DNA of 64,000 bases, taken from Bacteroidales bacterium. Lineage in GTDB: Bacteria; Bacteroidota; Bacteroidia; Bacteroidales; UBA932. The position numbers and the translations under genes were made by a program. The stretch spans positions 3,914 to 67,913 of the forward strand of contig JAAYYL010000176.1 of assembly GCA_012515395.1 (NCBI GenBank), in the 5' to 3' direction. Below, piece by piece: positions 59,812 to 64,000 of the stretch. Below the pieces are notes generated by a model. It made no database searches. It was given only the letters and a program-made list of their open reading frames with translations, and was not told the DNA's origin. Every line of letters starts with the position of its first letter. The stretch's first letter is position 1.

Positions 59812-61229
59812 ATAATCGAGATCACGATCAGGGGGAAAAAAGCATCAAACGTACGGCTTCGGATCAGATCACTGGCTTTGGTCAGGTCTTGTACGGCAAT
59901 GTATCCTACAATTGAGGTGAGTTTGATCAGGGCAATGAGTTCTCCTTTAAAAACAGGATAAACCCGGCGTAATGCCTGGGGAAGAACTATGTAAACAAAC
60001 GTGTGCATGCGGGAAAAACCCAGGGCCACACCGGCCTCCGTCTGTCCTTTGGGGATTGATTCTATGGAAGTGCGAAACATTTCAGAAACATAGGCCCCGA
60101 ATATCAGTGAAAAAGTGATAACAGACACACTTACCCCGTTTATGCCCGTGGTTGCAAAAACCACATAATACATCAGCATTAGAAGAACTACCTGGGGAAT
60201 GCCCCGGAAGAAAACAATATAAGCGCGTGCCGGAATAGAAAAGAACTTTAACCGGCTCATGCGCATAAAACAGATTAAAATCCCGGTTAACGTGCCGCCA
60301 AAGGCTGAAAGAAGTGCGGTCAGCAATGTGATCAAAAGGCCGTTCCACAAAAGCATGTACCGTTTGTCCCTGATCAAATTGTTGTAAAAACGTTCTCCTA
60401 TGCCGGGCCGGTTTTTTTCTGTCTGTACCGCGTTATTTAAACGGTCACCAAGAGTGATCATAGATGACCATGTTGTCAGGTAGGAATCTGAAAAAGAATA
60501 CTTTTTGCTTCTTTCTTCAGTAACCATGATATAGTTGATCATCATATCCAGTTTCCCGGCAGACATTCCGGCCAGCATTCCGCTGAAATCCGAAATGACA
60601 AACTCGGGCTTTTTACCCAGCCACGCGGCAAAACGCCTGGCCATTTCGATATCGAATCCGGCAGGTTGGTTGTCCTGGTAAAATGTGAAAGGCACGTCCA
60701 TACAAGTTGTGCCGATTCTGATTATTTCACTGTTTACGGGGGCTTCAGGAAACACCGGCATGGTTCTGTCGGTTCTTTCCAGCCACCGGTCAACCATTTG
60801 TGCATGAATTCCGCTTTGGATGATTTCTTTCAGGAACTTGTTGAATTCAAAACGCAGCAAGGTGTCTTCCGGGCTAAATCCCACTGATACGGATGTGGAG
60901 GCTGCTTGTTCGCTTAAAAAAGCCAGATCCGGCGATTCTTTAAGAATATAGAGACATACCGGACGTGCCAAAAACACCACGTCACAATCGCGGTTCCTCA
61001 GCAACGAGATCAGGTCCGTTGTGTTTGTAAGAGGGATTGTCCGGGCTTCCGGAAAATGTTGACGGGCATAATTTTCCTGCCACGTTGCGATCAGTACGCC
61101 TATGCGAATGTCCTTGTGGTTCAGATCGTCCAGCGAGCGCAGCAATGTCCGGCCGTAGAGTGACAATGGGAACCCCGATACCAGCAAAAGGAATACAACA
61201 ATAACAATATGACGTCCCGGACTTTTCAT
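59739..61229 (-). CDS. Polar amino acid ABC transporter, fused substrate-binding and permease protein
   Basis: SBP_bac_3 motifs (GFDIE, GKLD, VTEER..YSFSDSY) and HisM-type permease (FRGIP, AYVSE.FR, GQTEA..LG, LPQA, IK.TSI); start at MKSPG. Confidence 0.88.
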   Translation of the reverse strand: MKSPGRHIVIVVFLLLVSGFPLSLYGRTLLRSLDDLNHKDIRIGVLIATWQENYARQHFPEARTIPLTNTTDLISLLRNRDCDVVFLARPVCLYILKESPDLAFLSEQAASTSVSVGFSPEDTLLRFEFNKFLKEIIQSGIHAQMVDRWLERTDRTMPVFPEAPVNSEIIRIGTTCMDVPFTFYQDNQPAGFDIEMARRFAAWLGKKPEFVISDFSGMLAGMSAGKLDMMINYIMVTEERSKKYSFSDSYLTTWSSMITLGDRLNNAVQTEKNRPGIGERFYNNLIRDKRYMLLWNGLLITLLTALLSAFGGTLTGILICFMRMSRLKFFSIPARAYIVFFRGIPQVVLLMLMYYVVFATTGINGVSVSVITFSLIFGAYVSEMFRTSIESIPKGQTEAGVALGFSRMHTFVYIVLPQALRRVYPVFKGELIALIKLTSIVGYIAVQDLTKASDLIRSRTFDAFFPLIVISIIYFLLAWGFARLLETALPTNIRQA

Positions 61230-61230
61230 G

Positions 61231-62211
61231 TCAGAAAGATACTGTTTTTCCGCCGGCTTTTCCGGCAGGGGAAAAACGGGACAGCAGTATGCCTCCAACA
61301 ATAAGCACCAAACCCGTTACAGTGGACGGGAACACGGGTTCGCCCAATATGTAATGGATCAGGATCAGCGACAAAAACGGAAATATGTAGATCAGCGAAC
61401 TCACGACGGCCGTGTTTTTGGCTAATTTCAGGGCTTTGAGCCATATCACGAAAGGAACGGCCATTTCAATGATCCCAATGTAAATGCCGGATAAAACACT
61501 GCGAAGTGAAGCCTCCCGGATGGAAACAAGATCTGTTTGTTCCGTTCCTGCCAGATGTCTTATCAGTAAAAACAAAGCCAGGTATACCCATGCAAAAAGA
61601 AAGTTTAAAAAAAGGGAAATGTCATCCGGCAGTTTGTTTTTCATGTTGAACAGGAAATATGTTGCCCACAGAAAAGCACTTCCCATAGCCAGAACGACGC
61701 CCCAGGGATTTTTAATATGAAGGCCCTCACGGAACACCGAAAGCGGATCTCCCTGCATGGCAATGAATAAAGCTCCGGAAAAACTTATGATCATAGCCAG
61801 AATACCCATCCATCCGATTTTTTGTCCCAGAACCGGAATGGACAATAAAACCAGTACCAGGGGCCATATCATGTTCAGGGCCTGTGCCACCTGGGCAGGT
61901 AACATACTGTAGGCTTTGAACAGGATCAGGTAATATAGAAAGGGATTGATCAGACCCAATAAAGCAGCTCTTCCCAGGGCTTTCCTGGGAACCGAAAAAA
62001 GATCGCCACGTTTTCCTGTTGTTACAAGCAGCAGGAATAACGTGGCGATAGCGGATGTATTGGCAATGAACAGCAATACGGCAGGTGTCAGGTCGGCGAG
62101 TCCCCATTTGAAAGCAGTGGCCACAGTAGCCCAGCATGCTATGGCTATGGCGGCATAAAAGCCGGCTGACCTGCGCAAGTTATCTGCTATTTTGCAACCC
62201 GTTCCAGCCAT
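61231..62211 (-). CDS. DMT/EamA family transporter
   Basis: About 10 TM helices, WATVATAFK, INPFLYY.ILF.AY, IYIFPFLS; exact start uncertain. Confidence 0.88.
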   Translation of the reverse strand: MAGTGCKIADNLRRSAGFYAAIAIACWATVATAFKWGLADLTPAVLLFIANTSAIATLFLLLVTTGKRGDLFSVPRKALGRAALLGLINPFLYYLILFKAYSMLPAQVAQALNMIWPLVLVLLSIPVLGQKIGWMGILAMIISFSGALFIAMQGDPLSVFREGLHIKNPWGVVLAMGSAFLWATYFLFNMKNKLPDDISLFLNFLFAWVYLALFLLIRHLAGTEQTDLVSIREASLRSVLSGIYIGIIEMAVPFVIWLKALKLAKNTAVVSSLIYIFPFLSLILIHYILGEPVFPSTVTGLVLIVGGILLSRFSPAGKAGGKTVSF

Positions 62212-63725
62212 TTAACCATAGACAGCATAGTGATCATAGAAATGAGACATACTACAACAAACACTGTCCAGGTAGCCCATAAAGGAATGTTGGAGTACAT
62301 CAGGCCTCCTATGAAGAGCAACTGGTTTCCAACAGCCGTAGCGGCCAGCCATCCTCCCTGCATGAGTCCCTGCATGTGAGGCGGGGCGACTTTGGACACA
62401 AAGGAAAGGCCCAGCGGGCTGATAAACAACTCGGCAACGGTCAATACAAAGTATGTTGATATTAGAATAAACGGGCCGACTTTTGCAGATTGTTCCAGAC
62501 CGCCGGCGGCTTTTACGTCACTGAAAAGCGGAAGGTTAACAGATGCAATGGTCATGATCATATAAGCGGCTGCGGCAATCCCCATACCAATAGCGATCTT
62601 CTTGGGAGTGGACGGTTCAATTCCTTTCTTGTTCAGCCAGGAGAAGAACGGTACAATCAAAAGCGTCAGTAATACCACAAACAGAGGATTAACGGACTGG
62701 AACATTTCAGCCCCCACTATGCGCGTAAAACCTAGATCTATATCGATCATGCTTAAATCGGTATAATCCCTGGCAAAAAAGGTAAGTGAGAGACCGTTCT
62801 GATGGAACGAGAACCAGAAAAAGATCACGATCCCGAATACGGCGAACAAAGCCAAAAGACGGCGTTTCACTTCCGCTACTTCCATTTTGGTTACTTTGGC
62901 TTCCGGATTGTCTTCTGTGGCAATGCCGTCTTTTTTAACATCCGGCAATCTGTTCCTGGTCATCAGGAAGATTACCAGGGAAATGACCATGGCAATAATG
63001 GCAACAAAGAAGGCATAATGGAATCCGGTGTTGAAAACGTCCAGGTAACGATCGGCAAAGGCAGCCAGATCTGCCACGGGGCCCTGATTGGCTTCGGCGG
63101 CCGCCAGGGAGAATTTTTCCATAGCTTCACCGGTGATTTCGTTGGCACGGAACTGATGGCAAAGAGCCGGCAACTCGGCATTATAAGCCAGACCGTGTGA
63201 CTGCAGCCACCAGTTTCTGACGGCTATGGCAAAGAAAGGTGCAAAAATGGCTCCGATGTTGATAAACATGTAAAAGATCTGGAATCCGGTATCTCTTTTG
63301 GATGCGAATTTTGAATTGTCATACATCTGTCCTACGACAGCCTGCAGATTCCCTTTGAATAATCCATTTCCGAAAGCGATGGTAAAGAGGCCGACACAAG
63401 TAAGCGCCAGGTAAAGACCTAAATTGGGAACCGGTGTGGGCGTGGGAAATCCGATGATCAGATACCCGACAGCCATCATAATGATCCCTGTCAAAATGGT
63501 TCCCTTGTAATTTTTGGTTTTGTCGGCAATGATACCCCCTACCAGGGCCAATACGTAAATGAGGGCATAGAAGATGGCGTATATGACTCCGGTGATTGTT
63601 TCATTAAGGCCGAACTTGGCCGATAAAAACAGTGACAGGATAGCCATCATTGTGTAAAAGCCAAAGCGTTCGCCCATATTGGCAAGCGCAGCGGCAATCA
63701 ATCCTTTGGGTTGTCCTTTGAACAT
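62187..63725 (-). CDS. Proton-dependent oligopeptide transporter (POT/PTR MFS)
   Basis: ANMGERFGFY, GNGLFKGN, FYMFINIG, FQSVNP, AELFISPLGLS. Confidence 0.93.
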   Translation of the reverse strand: MFKGQPKGLIAAALANMGERFGFYTMMAILSLFLSAKFGLNETITGVIYAIFYALIYVLALVGGIIADKTKNYKGTILTGIIMMAVGYLIIGFPTPTPVPNLGLYLALTCVGLFTIAFGNGLFKGNLQAVVGQMYDNSKFASKRDTGFQIFYMFINIGAIFAPFFAIAVRNWWLQSHGLAYNAELPALCHQFRANEITGEAMEKFSLAAAEANQGPVADLAAFADRYLDVFNTGFHYAFFVAIIAMVISLVIFLMTRNRLPDVKKDGIATEDNPEAKVTKMEVAEVKRRLLALFAVFGIVIFFWFSFHQNGLSLTFFARDYTDLSMIDIDLGFTRIVGAEMFQSVNPLFVVLLTLLIVPFFSWLNKKGIEPSTPKKIAIGMGIAAAAYMIMTIASVNLPLFSDVKAAGGLEQSAKVGPFILISTYFVLTVAELFISPLGLSFVSKVAPPHMQGLMQGGWLAATAVGNQLLFIGGLMYSNIPLWATWTVFVVVCLISMITMLSMVKWLERVAK

Positions 63726-63756
63726 AGTGGTTTGGTTATTTTGAGTTTATATCCGG

Positions 63757-63784
63757 CAAAAATACGATAATTTTGGTAACTTTG
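63757..63784. promoter_or_regulatory. Back-to-back -7 elements (POT / acyltransferase)
   Basis: TATTTTTG minus 63764-63757; TAACTTTG plus 63777-63784. Confidence 0.6.
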
Positions 63785-63791
63785 TCTGCTT

Positions 63792-64000
63792 ATGAAGGCC
63801 ATATTTTCGAGGATTTGTTTTTTAGTCGTATACACGATTATTTGCCTGTTCAGTCTGTTGCCTTTGCCTTTTTTATACGGCCTTTCGTTCATTTTTGTAG
63901 TATTGCCTTTGAAGATAGCAGGTTACCGCAGAACGGTGGTGACGGTCAATATGGCCCGGTCTTTTCCCGGGAAATCTTACGGCGAAATTCAGCGGATGGC
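63792..64000 (+). CDS. Lipid A / lysophospholipid acyltransferase (LpxL-like), runs off the window end
   Basis: Hand translation MKAIFSRICFLVVYTIICLFSLLPLPFLYGLS...GYRRTVVTVNMARSFPGKS; the LP...LY.LS...YR..VV..N...SFP pattern is typical of LpxL-family N-termini. Confidence 0.7.
   Translation, partial: MKAIFSRICFLVVYTIICLFSLLPLPFLYGLSFIFVVLPLKIAGYRRTVVTVNMARSFPGKSYGEIQRM

Noticed and set aside
1..64000. CRISPR arrays, tRNA/rRNA genes, integrases, transposases, prophage or defence genes
   Set aside because: None seen. The longest intergenic gap is under 190 bp, and no such ORF motifs or spaced repeats were found by eye.

Overview
Gene-dense core-chromosome segment from a Bacteroidota organism, most like a Bacteroidales anaerobe. 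The assignment rests on TAnnTTTG -7 promoters, DUF4270/DUF3098/DUF4294/DUF4249/GSCFA genes and the rseC-rnfBCDGEA order. The window holds the distal S10-spc-alpha ribosomal protein cluster (rplP to rplQ, with secY, map, infA, rpmJ, rpoA), which starts at its own promoter and long leader rather than following rpsC. It also holds tgt, lptF/lptG, alaS, fmt, dnaB, a complete Rnf operon, dut-murF, a GH2 lipoprotein and several transporters. The main accessory-looking element is a partner-switching-type signalling operon: orphan NMT1/THI5-like binding protein, dCache-HAMP histidine kinase, receiver-PP2C phosphatase and RsbW-like kinase, with no STAS protein or sigma factor. Other points of interest: a U32/RlhA gene broken by a frameshift at a G7 run; an apparently circularly permuted amino-acid binding domain fused to a permease; many apparently leaderless genes; back-to-back promoters spaced at about 1 or 2 helical turns; and strong Shine-Dalgarno motifs confined to a few operon junctions. 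I saw no rRNA, tRNA, CRISPR array, prophage or IS element. All product calls come from motif recognition by eye, not database searches.
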